From Candidatus Sericytochromatia bacterium (GTDB taxonomy: Bacteria; Cyanobacteriota; Sericytochromatia; S15B-MN24; VGJW01): a DNA stretch of 64,000 nt. Shown here piece by piece: positions 22,362 through 31,608 of this stretch (positions are counted from its first letter, which is position 1; each line of letters starts with the position of its first letter). The position numbers and the translations under genes are program-made. The stretch spans positions 1 through 64,000 of the forward strand of contig JAYKHS010000027.1 of NCBI GenBank assembly GCA_035285865.1, given 5' to 3'. Below the pieces are notes generated by a model, which was not told the origin of the DNA, made no database searches, and worked only from the letters and a program-made list of their open reading frames with translations.

Positions 22362-23491
22362 CCGCGGCCATCGACCGGACCTCGGTCCAGCGCATCCTCC
22401 TCGTGCAGTTCGGCGGGATTGGCGACGTCCTGCTGGCGTTCCCGGCCCTGCAGTCCCTGCGTGAAGCCTATCCCCACGCCAGAATCACGCTGCTGGTCGA
22501 ACCACGCGCCCAGGGCGTGCTGCAGTTCAACCCCGTCATCGACGAGGTGCTGACCTTCGCTGCCAAGGACGGACCGACCCTCGCCGCATTCTTCCGCCTC
22601 GTGGCCGAGTTGCGCGAACGTCGCTTCGACCTGGCCATCGCCTCGGGCCGCCGCATGGTCATGCCCTTGCTGTTGCGCCTGACCGGGGCCCGCCTGCGGG
22701 GCGGCTATCAGGCCAATGCGCTCAGTTGGCTGCTGACCCATCCCGTAAAGCTCTACACCGCCCAATACGCCGCAGGCCTCTACCACGACATCGTCACGCC
22801 CTTCGTCGACGCCCCGGCACGACTACCGCAAGTGGTCGTGGCCCCGGACGACCAGACGTGGGCCGACGCGTTCCTGGCCCGCATGGGTCTCGCCGGCATG
22901 CCGTTCGTCCTGTTGCATCCCGGGTCCTCCCGGGTCGCAGTCCAACGCGGCATCCAGAAGACCTGGGATCCCCGCTCGTGGGGGGCACTGGCCCGCCTGC
23001 TGCTGGATCAGGGGCATCACGTGGTACTCGCGGGAGGTCCCGATGACGACATGGCCATCAAGACCATCATGGCCGACCTCGAAAAGCATCCCGCGGCCGC
23101 CGAACACCTGCCTGTCGTCGAGACGGCCCCGCTCGGGAAAGAGGCACCGGGCGCTCGACTGGTGCTCGCCTACGGACACACGCGCAGCCTCGGTCAGTTC
23201 GCCGCGATGGTGCGCCGGGCCAGGGCGCTCGTCGCCGTCGACTCGGCACCGATGCACATCGGCATCGGCACCGGCACGCCGACGGTCGGCCTCTTCGGGC
23301 CCACCGACCCGCAGAAGCTGATGCCGGCCGGCACCATCCACCAAGCCGTGCACGTCCAGGATCTGGCCTGCCGACCCTGCCTGTGGGACCGGCGCCGCAC
23401 CACGTGCGAGGCCGTGACCTGCATGAAGTCCCTCTCCCTGGAGCAGGTGGCCGAGGCCACGCTCCGCATCCTGCCTCCATCGACACCATGA
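22358..23491 (+). CDS. Glycosyltransferase family 9 (heptosyltransferase-like)
   Basis: GGIGDVLL, LLHPGSS, DSAPMH and LFGPTDP motifs. Confidence 0.9.
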   Translation: MTAAIDRTSVQRILLVQFGGIGDVLLAFPALQSLREAYPHARITLLVEPRAQGVLQFNPVIDEVLTFAAKDGPTLAAFFRLVAELRERRFDLAIASGRRMVMPLLLRLTGARLRGGYQANALSWLLTHPVKLYTAQYAAGLYHDIVTPFVDAPARLPQVVVAPDDQTWADAFLARMGLAGMPFVLLHPGSSRVAVQRGIQKTWDPRSWGALARLLLDQGHHVVLAGGPDDDMAIKTIMADLEKHPAAAEHLPVVETAPLGKEAPGARLVLAYGHTRSLGQFAAMVRRARALVAVDSAPMHIGIGTGTPTVGLFGPTDPQKLMPAGTIHQAVHVQDLACRPCLWDRRRTTCEAVTCMKSLSLEQVAEATLRILPPSTP

Positions 23492-23967
23492 CCACTCCGA
23501 AACCCGATCCTCTGGCCCAGGCGGCCGCGCATGTCATCCTGCCCTCGAGCGAGGCGGATGCCCGCTATGGCGAGGGTCGTCCCGGCCTGGAGGAGACGCT
23601 CGACGAATGGGCCCACCAGGCGAGATACAACCTGACGGAGGCCTTCGGCGTGGCGTGGACGGGCTTGTCCGAGGGCACTGCCGAAAACCTCGAGACACTC
23701 GCCGACCACTGGCCCGAACGCCCCGATGACGAGACACTGGCAGGGATGGCCTTGGAATGGGGCGCTCTGCTCGGTGAAGAACTGCAAGCCGATCTTGGCG
23801 GCCACTGGGTCCAGCGTGCGGATGCGATGCACCACGCCATCCGCTTTCCCCGGCTGGCGTTGGACTTCCTGCCGATGCACGCCATTCTGGCTCGCTTCAT
23901 CGTTGGCGACGGAGCCAATCTGCAGGCGATCCAGGAAGACATCGTCCACCGATTAACCTCCAATTAA
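23488..23967 (+). CDS. Hypothetical protein (GALLGE..LGGHW, DUF3806-like)
   Basis: Start overlaps the GT9 stop (ATGA); typical codon usage. Confidence 0.6.
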   Translation: MTTPKPDPLAQAAAHVILPSSEADARYGEGRPGLEETLDEWAHQARYNLTEAFGVAWTGLSEGTAENLETLADHWPERPDDETLAGMALEWGALLGEELQADLGGHWVQRADAMHHAIRFPRLALDFLPMHAILARFIVGDGANLQAIQEDIVHRLTSN

Positions 23968-23992
23968 ACAAGTTTTCAGCTTTCCTTGGCCA
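23952..23992 (+). promoter_or_regulatory. Pho-box-like tandem direct repeats
   Basis: ATTAACCT, ATTAAACA, TTTCAGCT, CTTGGCCA at an exact 11-bp period in an AT-rich patch. Confidence 0.5.
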
Positions 23993-24032
23993 TAACCATG
24001 CCAGAACCCCTCTCCACCCCCCGGAGCTCCAG

Positions 24033-24335
24033 ATGCGCAAGCTGCTGACCTTCGTCGAACCCTCGCTCGGCCTGACCTATCAGGACCTTTACGCCGAACT
24101 CGGCGACCACCTGGCCATGCACATCGAGGACACGATGCGCCGCTTCACACCCGACGAGGCTCCCAACGTGCTTCGCTATCACCGTCGTCAGGTCGAGCGC
24201 CGCCTCGAGGCCAGCCGCCTGGCGTCCCGCCTGGGCGTGGACGTAGCCGTCATCCACGCTTCCTGCACCTCCGAGGGGGCACGTCTCCTGCTCGAAGCCC
24301 TCGATGCGCGGGAAGCAGCACGCGCCGAAGCGTGA
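24033..24335 (+). CDS. Hypothetical protein
   Basis: GGAG RBS; stop overlaps the next GTG start. Confidence 0.6.
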   Translation: MRKLLTFVEPSLGLTYQDLYAELGDHLAMHIEDTMRRFTPDEAPNVLRYHRRQVERRLEASRLASRLGVDVAVIHASCTSEGARLLLEALDAREAARAEA

Positions 24336-25759
24336 GGTTTCTGCGGGAGGCCGTGCTTCCCTTGCTGCTGGCCCTGGTCCTTCTGGTCCAGGGCCTTCCG
24401 GCCTTGGGATCGACCTTCCAGCTTCGCATCATCAAGGGCGAAACCCGATTCGAGATGGTCGCGGACATGCCCCGCTGGGTGCGCCGCGAGCCCTTGGCGG
24501 ACGGATTGCGTTGGACCTTCACGGTCCGGACGCCCCATCAGTACCGCATCGACAAGATGCTGACGCGCGGCCCCGTCAGACTGGTGACGCTGTTCCACAA
24601 GGGGCGCACCCTGCTGGTGGACATCCATTGGCGCTTCCCGATGCCCGAACTCGTGCCCACGGTGACGGAGCATGGCATCGCGTTCGTCATCCCGCGGGCG
24701 GTGACCCGCGGATCGACCATCGAACTGGCCCAAGGCCTCCAGTACCAGCGCATCTCGCGATGGACGGACGCTGGCCCCCTGACGATGCACTTCCTGCGGG
24801 CCCACCTCGGGCGAGTCACTGTCACTCCTGTTCCGGCCTATCGCTCGACGTTCCGCGGTCTCGACACCCTGTCCCGCATTGTCCAACGTCGCGGTGCTCT
24901 CGCCGGGGTCAACGGCAGCTTCTTTTCGCCGCGCGCACAGGCTCCCATCGGCCTGCTCTTCAGCCATGGGGAGATCCTGTCGGGTTCTTTCTTCAACCGC
25001 TCGGTCTTCGGCATCCGCCGCGACGGCACCTGCTTCACCAGCCAGGCCAAGATGTTCGTGGCCATCGGCGACGACAGCGGCAAGGTCTGGACGGCCCAGG
25101 CCGTCAACCGTCCTGCCTTGAAGGGCGGTATCACGCTTTACACACCCCACTGGGGTCCCCGCACGGGAACCCGGCCCGACCCCAGCCGCCGCGAGTGGTC
25201 CATCTCGCGGGAAGGCGAGGTCCTCAAGGTCACGACCGGCAACTCCTTCATCCCCCGCGAGGGGCACGTCATCTCGGTGCAGGGCAAGGGCATCTACGAG
25301 ATGCGCAATCGGCTGACGCAAGGCACCAGCGTGGTGGTCTACGCCAAGCTGGCCGGGCGTTTCGCGGGTGCGTGGCACGCCATCGCGGCGGGACCGACCC
25401 TGCTCGAGAACGGGCAGGTCCGGGTGACGGCGCGAGAAGAGCGACTGCCGGCAGACATCGCCCGCGGACGGGCAGCACGAACCGCCGTCGGCTACATGGG
25501 TGGCCAGGAGATCCTGCTGGCTGCGGTCGATGACCGCAAGGGGCTGTCGGTCGGGATGACCCTGTATGAACTGGCCCGCCTGATGCGCGAAGCCGGCTGC
25601 AAGGACGCCGTGAACCTCGACGGCGGACCTTCCACCACCATGGCCATTCGGCAACGCGTGATGAACAACCCGCGCGACGGCAAGGAACGCCCCATCCACA
25701 ATGCGCTGCTCATCTACCCCCACGAAGCGGCACCCAGCGATGGTGACGCAATTCCTTGA
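24332..25759 (+). CDS. Secreted phosphodiester glycosidase (NAGPA) family protein
   Basis: Signal peptide; AGVNGSFF, AARTAVG, AVNLDGGPST and ERPIHNAL motifs. Confidence 0.85.
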   Translation: MRFLREAVLPLLLALVLLVQGLPALGSTFQLRIIKGETRFEMVADMPRWVRREPLADGLRWTFTVRTPHQYRIDKMLTRGPVRLVTLFHKGRTLLVDIHWRFPMPELVPTVTEHGIAFVIPRAVTRGSTIELAQGLQYQRISRWTDAGPLTMHFLRAHLGRVTVTPVPAYRSTFRGLDTLSRIVQRRGALAGVNGSFFSPRAQAPIGLLFSHGEILSGSFFNRSVFGIRRDGTCFTSQAKMFVAIGDDSGKVWTAQAVNRPALKGGITLYTPHWGPRTGTRPDPSRREWSISREGEVLKVTTGNSFIPREGHVISVQGKGIYEMRNRLTQGTSVVVYAKLAGRFAGAWHAIAAGPTLLENGQVRVTAREERLPADIARGRAARTAVGYMGGQEILLAAVDDRKGLSVGMTLYELARLMREAGCKDAVNLDGGPSTTMAIRQRVMNNPRDGKERPIHNALLIYPHEAAPSDGDAIP

Positions 25760-26600
25760 GGACCGCGCGCCCGGATGCCACACTGGCCCCGTGCGTGAAC
25801 CTGCCGAACTCGTGGCGCGCCTCTCCCGGCGCTGCGCCGTCTGGCCTTCCGCCCTCGTGGCCCTCTCCGGCGGGGTGGACAGCGCCGTGGTGCTAGCCAT
25901 TGCCGCAAGTGTGCTGCCGGCCCGGGTCCACGCCGTCACCAGCCACGCTCCCTCCGTGGCCCCGGCCGAAGTCGCCGCGGCACGGTCCGTGGCCGAGCGC
26001 CTCGGGGTTACCCACCATCTGGTCGATCCCGGCGAGATGAACAACCCGGCCTATGTCGCAAACGATCGCCGGCGCTGCTTTCACTGCAAGGACGCCCTGT
26101 ACGGCAGCCTGCGCAGACTTGCGGACGAGTTGGGTGTCAGCGTCGTGGCGAATGGCGTGCACGCCGACGACCCGGGTGACGACCGCCCGGGCCTTGAAGC
26201 CGCCGCCTTGCATGGAGTTGCCAGCCCACTGCTCGACGAAGGCCTGACCAAAGACGAGGTCAGGGCCGTGGCCCGGCACCTGGGCCTGCCCGTCTGGAAT
26301 CGCCCCGCAGATGCTTGCCTTGCCTCCCGCCTGCCTCACGGCACGAGCGTCACGCTCGAACGCCTGGACCGGGTCGGCCAGGCCGAGGCCGCCCTGGCGG
26401 CACTCGGGCTCTCGGGACACCGGGTGCGGGACCACGACGCACTCGCCCGCATCGAGGTCCTAGCGGAGGCCTTCGGCTGGGTGCTGGATCACCGGGAGGC
26501 AATTCATGCGGCCGTGGTCGCGGCAGGGTACCGGGACGTGACGTTGGACCTTGCCGGCTACCGGCCCATGGGCACACAAGCGGAGACGCGGCCTTCATGA
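25740..26600 (+). CDS. larE: ATP-dependent sacrificial sulfur transferase LarE
   Basis: PP-loop SGGVDS; RCFHCK, DDRPG and ACLASR motifs. Confidence 0.92.
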   Translation: MVTQFLEDRAPGCHTGPVREPAELVARLSRRCAVWPSALVALSGGVDSAVVLAIAASVLPARVHAVTSHAPSVAPAEVAAARSVAERLGVTHHLVDPGEMNNPAYVANDRRRCFHCKDALYGSLRRLADELGVSVVANGVHADDPGDDRPGLEAAALHGVASPLLDEGLTKDEVRAVARHLGLPVWNRPADACLASRLPHGTSVTLERLDRVGQAEAALAALGLSGHRVRDHDALARIEVLAEAFGWVLDHREAIHAAVVAAGYRDVTLDLAGYRPMGTQAETRPS

Positions 26601-27355
26601 GCCTCGACCGACGGCAGGTCACGGACCTGCTTAACGCCGTGGCAGAAGGCCGACTGGCTGTCCGTGACGCACTCGAGCACCTGGCGGTCATGCCGGTCCA
26701 ACAGGCCGGTGATGCCCTGCTCGACACCCACCGTGCCCTCCGCACGGGATTTCCCGAAGTGGTTTACGGTGCCGGCAAGACACCCGCGCAAATCGAAGCC
26801 ATCGTCGCGCGTCGGCTCGGCGACGGCCTGCCCTTGCTCGTGACCCGCATCGACGGCGGAATCGGCCGCGATCTGGCCTCACGCTATCCGGGCCTGGTGC
26901 ATCGGGCCGAGACCGCCCTGTTGCATGGTCCGATGCCCGAAGCCCCCGCCCGAGGCCCCGTAGCCGTGGTTTCGGCCGGGACCTCGGATCTTCCGGTGGC
27001 GGAGGAAGCGGCCATCACGCTCGAACTGCACGGTGTCCGCGTGACTCGTGTGGCCGATGTCGGCGTGACGGGCCTGCACCGCGTGCTGGGCGCGCTGCCA
27101 GTCCTGCGCGAGGCCGTGGCGCTGGTCGTCGTGGCCGGCATGGAAGCTGCCTTGGCCTCGGTGGTCGCAGGCCTGGTCGCCCGCCCCGTCATTGCAGTGC
27201 CCACCAGCGTGGGTTATGGCGCCCACTTCGGCGGCCTCGCTGCGCTGCTGGGCATGCTGAACGCGTGCGCCCCGGGCGTCGGAGTCGTCAACATCGACAA
27301 CGGCTTCGGGGCCGGCATGCTGGCCGCGATGGTGGCCGACGGGTATCCGTTGTGA
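26597..27355 (+). CDS. larB: Nickel-pincer cofactor biosynthesis protein LarB
   Basis: RTGFPEVVYG, AGTSDLPVAEEA, PTSVGYG and VVNIDNGFGAG motifs. Confidence 0.95.
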   Translation: MSLDRRQVTDLLNAVAEGRLAVRDALEHLAVMPVQQAGDALLDTHRALRTGFPEVVYGAGKTPAQIEAIVARRLGDGLPLLVTRIDGGIGRDLASRYPGLVHRAETALLHGPMPEAPARGPVAVVSAGTSDLPVAEEAAITLELHGVRVTRVADVGVTGLHRVLGALPVLREAVALVVVAGMEAALASVVAGLVARPVIAVPTSVGYGAHFGGLAALLGMLNACAPGVGVVNIDNGFGAGMLAAMVADGYPL

Positions 27356-28572
27356 AGATCGCCTACCTCGACGCGATGAACGGTGCCGCCGGCGACATGC
27401 TCGTGGCGGCAGCGATCGACGCCGGTGCGAATCTGGAAAAACTCCGAGCGGATCTGGAAGGACTCGGACTCGGGCCGATCGGGCTGCGCACGGAGCGCCG
27501 GCAAGAGCACGGGATGGTGGCCACGCGCTTCGTCGTGGAGGTACCGGACGCCCAACCCGAGCGTCATCTGCGCGACGTGCTGGCCATCCTGGTCCGGTCG
27601 GGCCTCGACCGCGCGCTCGTCGCACGCGCCTCGCGGGTCTTCCATCGTCTGGCCGTGGCCGAAGCACGCGTCCATGGCACCACCCCGGACGAGGTGCATT
27701 TCCATGAGGTCGGGGCAGTGGATGCCATCGTGGATGTCGTGGCCTTTGTGCTGGCCCTCGACCAACTGGGCATCGAGAAACTGGTCTCCTCCCCGCTGCC
27801 CCTGGGGTCTGGAACCGTCACCTGCGCCCATGGCGTCATGCCGGTGCCCGTGCCTGCCGTCGTGGCCTTGCTCGAGGGCCTGCCCACCACGGACAATGGC
27901 GAGGAGGGCGAATTGGTCACGCCGACCGGTGCTGCCCTGCTCGCGACCCTTGCGGAAGACTGGGGCAGGCGACCTGCCATGCGCCTGCTGGCCAGCGGCA
28001 CGGGGGCCGGCTCGCGCAGCGGTCGCCGTATCCCGAACGTCTGCCGCCTCCTCATCGGCGAGACGGACCCCGTGCCGGCCGCTCCCCCGGAACAGCCGGG
28101 GGCGGCAAGACCAGAGCGCGATGAGGAGCTTGCCGTGCTCGAGACCAACATCGACGACCAGAACCCCCAGTTCTACAGCCACCTGACGGAGCGACTTCTG
28201 GAAGCCGGTGCCATCGACGTGTTCATGTCGGCCATCGTGATGAAGCAGGGCCGGCCGGGCGTGAAGGTCACGGTCCTCGCCCCTCCGGCGTGCCGGCAGG
28301 CTTGCGAGGAACTGATCCTGACCGAGACGACGTCCCTGGGTGTCCGCAGCTACACCGTCCGCCGCAGGGCGCTTGCCCGGGAGATCATGACGATCGAGAC
28401 CGACTATGGCCCCATCCGCGTCAAGGTGGCCCGCCACCTCGGCCAAGTGGCCAGCGTCAGCCCCGAGTACCGGGACTGCGTAGCCGCGGCAAAGGCAAAA
28501 GCCATTCCCCTGAAGCAGGTCTGGCAGGCAACCCTCGCTAAGGCGCTCCAGCTGCCCGCCCTCGAAGGCTGA
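27352..28572 (+). CDS. larC: Nickel insertion protein LarC
   Basis: GAAGDM, VHFHEVGAVD, ELVTPTGAA, ETNIDD, ETTSLGVR and PEYRDC motifs; a single continuous ORF. Confidence 0.94.
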   Translation: MKIAYLDAMNGAAGDMLVAAAIDAGANLEKLRADLEGLGLGPIGLRTERRQEHGMVATRFVVEVPDAQPERHLRDVLAILVRSGLDRALVARASRVFHRLAVAEARVHGTTPDEVHFHEVGAVDAIVDVVAFVLALDQLGIEKLVSSPLPLGSGTVTCAHGVMPVPVPAVVALLEGLPTTDNGEEGELVTPTGAALLATLAEDWGRRPAMRLLASGTGAGSRSGRRIPNVCRLLIGETDPVPAAPPEQPGAARPERDEELAVLETNIDDQNPQFYSHLTERLLEAGAIDVFMSAIVMKQGRPGVKVTVLAPPACRQACEELILTETTSLGVRSYTVRRRALAREIMTIETDYGPIRVKVARHLGQVASVSPEYRDCVAAAKAKAIPLKQVWQATLAKALQLPALEG

Positions 28573-28632
28573 CCCGTCCGGCTGGCGCGTCCGGCTGGTG
28601 CGGTCGCTGCCCGCGCGGGTTATGATGCCGGC

Positions 28633-29157
28633 ATGGTCGAAATGAAGGTGTCCGGGATCATCCTCGAGCCGAAGTCCCGCAGCCCGATCGTCGTGCTCAA
28701 GGACATCGCCGAGAAGCGAGCCCTCCTCATCTGGGTCGGCGAGCCCGAGGCCAACGCCATCCTGATGGGCCTCGAGCAAGTCGAGACTCCGCGTCCCCTC
28801 ACGCACGACCTGTTCCTCGCCACGGTCACCGAACTGGGCGCAACCTTGCGGGAAGTGGCCATCCTGGCGATGCGGGAAAAGACCTTCTTCGCGGAGCTCG
28901 TGCTCGAGACCCGACAAGGCGAGCACCGCATCGACGCCCGCCCCTCCGACGCCCTTGCCATGGCACTCCGCGCCGAGGCGCCCATCCGGGTGGCCGAGGA
29001 AGTCCTCGAGGAATCCGGAATCCCCATCCGGCAGGAAGGCGAGGAAGGTGCCCCGGCTGCACGCAAGGACGATGAGGACTTCCGACGCTTCCTCGAGAAC
29101 GTCAAACCCAGCGACTTTTCGCGCCTGGGCGGGGGTGACCTGCCCGGCGAATCCTGA
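28633..29157 (+). CDS. Bifunctional nuclease family protein (DUF151)
   Basis: LIWVGEPEA, RPLTHDL and DARPSDALAMA motifs. Confidence 0.92.
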   Translation: MVEMKVSGIILEPKSRSPIVVLKDIAEKRALLIWVGEPEANAILMGLEQVETPRPLTHDLFLATVTELGATLREVAILAMREKTFFAELVLETRQGEHRIDARPSDALAMALRAEAPIRVAEEVLEESGIPIRQEGEEGAPAARKDDEDFRRFLENVKPSDFSRLGGGDLPGES

Positions 29158-29190
29158 GCCGGATGGCCGGGCGTGCGTCCCGGACAGGCT

Positions 29191-29826
29191 TCACGCGGTG
29201 ACGGGCGTCTCGGGCAATCCAGACAACACCGGCAGGATGCGCCCGCTCAACTCGCCGGCTTCCGTCCGCCAAGCCTCCGCGGCCGATTCTGCGGCAGCTC
29301 GGGCGGGCATCTCGACGGAATCCGTCAGCGCCTCCGTGACGACACCGACGAGACGCGCTGCGAGGCGCGCTTCACCCAGACACTGGGGATGTCCGTATCG
29401 CAGGACACGATCCACCAGCATCGCCAGTTCGACCCCGATTTCGAGCATCGCGAGAGGAAGGCGCGCCCATCCCTGCAAGGCCACATCGACGCAACTATGC
29501 CGGATGGAGACCTCTTCGGCGGTGGTGGACGGAAGAACCAGCGCCTGGGATAGCCGCAACTGCGCCTGGGCGTCCTGATCAGCCAATGCAAGTAGACGGT
29601 CGCCTAGGGAACGGGCACGCTCGGCATCCCGATCCATCTCCTCGACCATCGCCTCGTAGCCGGGCTGCCGCGCCGTGGTCCTGGCCGAACGCGCCATCAG
29701 GGAGGCGGCGGATGCGAGCAGGAGGGCCGCGGTACCCGGCACCCCGGGCCCGTGGGGCTCGGCGATCTCGGCGATCACGTCGGCGGCTACGTGCTGGCGC
29801 AGCGGCAGGAAAACTGGAGCGTCCAC
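29191..29826 (-). CDS. Cyclodeaminase/cyclohydrolase (FTCD C-terminal-like) protein, divergent
   Basis: Helical pattern AALLLASAASL..LLALADQDAQA..GHPQCLGEA; start uncertain. Confidence 0.5.
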   Translation of the reverse strand: MDAPVFLPLRQHVAADVIAEIAEPHGPGVPGTAALLLASAASLMARSARTTARQPGYEAMVEEMDRDAERARSLGDRLLALADQDAQAQLRLSQALVLPSTTAEEVSIRHSCVDVALQGWARLPLAMLEIGVELAMLVDRVLRYGHPQCLGEARLAARLVGVVTEALTDSVEMPARAAAESAAEAWRTEAGELSGRILPVLSGLPETPVTA

Positions 29827-29991
29827 CTGCGCATGATAACCCGGCCCGCAGGCTCCTTGCCGATTGACGGGCCAAGGGGCATCATGGCGCATCCGCAGGT
29901 CGCGGAACCCGCAAGACCTGTGCGACGTCCCCTCATCGCATCCCCCGTCGGTGCAACGGCACCGGTCCAAGCAAGAGGAATCGTTCCCGAG

Positions 29992-30759
29992 ATGTCCCAG
30001 AAGAAGCTTTACGTCGCCGCCATCGTGGCGGGCACCGCCGCGCTGGCCGGTTGCGACCTGTCCGGTGGGCTGCCCAGCGGCACCATCGCGACGGCGACCC
30101 CCACTCCGGCGCCCAACGCTTCCGCGACGCCGATCGCCTTCGCCGGTTTCCCCAGCAACGCCACCCTGACGGGTCGGGTCACCTTCAACGGCGGAGCGCC
30201 TGGCGTCATCGACCTCGAGTACAAGACCCCCGGCGGCAACCGCTCGCCGGTAACGGCCAAGACAGACGCCAACGGTTACTTTAGCTGGGACAATATCGCT
30301 GAAGGGACCGCTGTCCAAGTCATCTGGGATGATGGCAACAAGTCTGCCGTGACTACGTCAGACTTTAACGTGCCGGGGATATTCGTCTCCGATGCTGTTC
30401 AGGCCAAAGCCAGCCCAGACAAAATGAACCCAATGGTTAAGATGGACATCCAGTGGCAGCCTAATCCTTCACCGGCAATCGGCACGTCCGCCAATGGCAC
30501 CTTCGGCTTCTCGGCAGTAATCGCAAATCTCGACGCCAAATATCAAGTCTCGATTTTTGGCACCGACAAGAAGGCGAAGTTCACTGTAGACATCCCATCG
30601 GGTGCGACGAGCGTCAATCTCTCGGGGAACTCAAACTATATTGGGTTGCCCACCGGCGACTACTTCTACCAGATTAAGTTCTTCAAGAATGATTCGTCTG
30701 CATCGTTCGGAGGGTCGAACTTCTACGGGTCTACCAAGTACATCCCCTTCAAGAAGTAG
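29992..30759 (+). CDS. Surface lipoprotein with carboxypeptidase-regulatory-like beta-sandwich domains
   Basis: Lipobox LAGC; TPTP linker; TLTGRV..AKTDANGYFSW. Confidence 0.75.
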   Translation: MSQKKLYVAAIVAGTAALAGCDLSGGLPSGTIATATPTPAPNASATPIAFAGFPSNATLTGRVTFNGGAPGVIDLEYKTPGGNRSPVTAKTDANGYFSWDNIAEGTAVQVIWDDGNKSAVTTSDFNVPGIFVSDAVQAKASPDKMNPMVKMDIQWQPNPSPAIGTSANGTFGFSAVIANLDAKYQVSIFGTDKKAKFTVDIPSGATSVNLSGNSNYIGLPTGDYFYQIKFFKNDSSASFGGSNFYGSTKYIPFKK

Positions 30760-30771
30760 TCCTGCCATCCC

Positions 30772-30806
30772 CCGCGGCCCCTCGCCCACAAGGCGGGGGG
30801 CCGTGG
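30772..30806 (+). terminator. GC-rich stem-loop after the lipoprotein gene
   Basis: CCGCGGCCCCTCGCC-cacaa-GGCGGGGGGCCGTGG. Confidence 0.5.
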
Positions 30807-30825
30807 CTCTCGGACCCTGAACACC

Positions 30826-31608
30826 GTGCCCCCAATCAAGATAGCCACCTGGAACGTCAACGGCATCCGCGCCGTCACCCGCAACGGCTTCGCCGGCTGG
30901 CTGGCAACCGAGGCCCCGGACGTGCTGTGCCTTCAGGAGGTCCGGGCCCTGCCGGATCAGGTTCCTGCAGAGGCCACGGCCGAAGCAGGCTGGCATCGCA
31001 CGTGGCACGCCGCCGAGCGCAAGGGGTACAGCGGCGTGGCGACGTGGACGCGCACGCTCTGGCCGACCCACACGGGTCTCGGCGAAGCACGCTTCGACAC
31101 CGAGGGCCGCGCCATCTGGACCGACCTGCCGGATGGCATCCGCCTGCTGAACGTGTATGTGCCCAATGGCGGCCGAGACCTTGAGCGCGTGCCCTACAAA
31201 CTCGACTTCTACGCCGCCATGCTCGCCGAGATCCAGGCCGGCCATGCCCGTGGCGAACGCTTCATCATCTGCGGCGACTGGAACACGGCCCATCAGCCCA
31301 TCGACCTCGCCAACCCGAAGGCCAACCAAGGCACGACAGGCTTCTTGCCCGAAGAGCGGGCGTGGGTGGACCGCTTCCTGACCGAGGGCGACCTCGTCGA
31401 CCCGTTCCGAGACCGGCACCCCGGTGAGTCAGGCCACTACACATGGTGGAGCAACCGGCCCGGTGTCCGCGATCGGAACATCGGGTGGCGCATCGACTAC
31501 TTCCTGGTCTCCCGGACGCTGGCCCCGCAGGTCCTCGACGTCGCGCACCGCCCCGACGTCAAGGGATCGGACCACTGTCCGGTGGTGTTGACCATCGGCC
31601 CAGGCTGA
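30826..31608 (+). CDS. xth: Exodeoxyribonuclease III
   Basis: TWNVNGIRA, CLQE, KGYSGVA, GDWN, GWRIDY and GSDHCP motifs. Confidence 0.95.
   Translation: MPPIKIATWNVNGIRAVTRNGFAGWLATEAPDVLCLQEVRALPDQVPAEATAEAGWHRTWHAAERKGYSGVATWTRTLWPTHTGLGEARFDTEGRAIWTDLPDGIRLLNVYVPNGGRDLERVPYKLDFYAAMLAEIQAGHARGERFIICGDWNTAHQPIDLANPKANQGTTGFLPEERAWVDRFLTEGDLVDPFRDRHPGESGHYTWWSNRPGVRDRNIGWRIDYFLVSRTLAPQVLDVAHRPDVKGSDHCPVVLTIGPG

Noticed and set aside
27352..28572. Programmed frameshift in larC
   Set aside because: The gene is a single continuous ORF here
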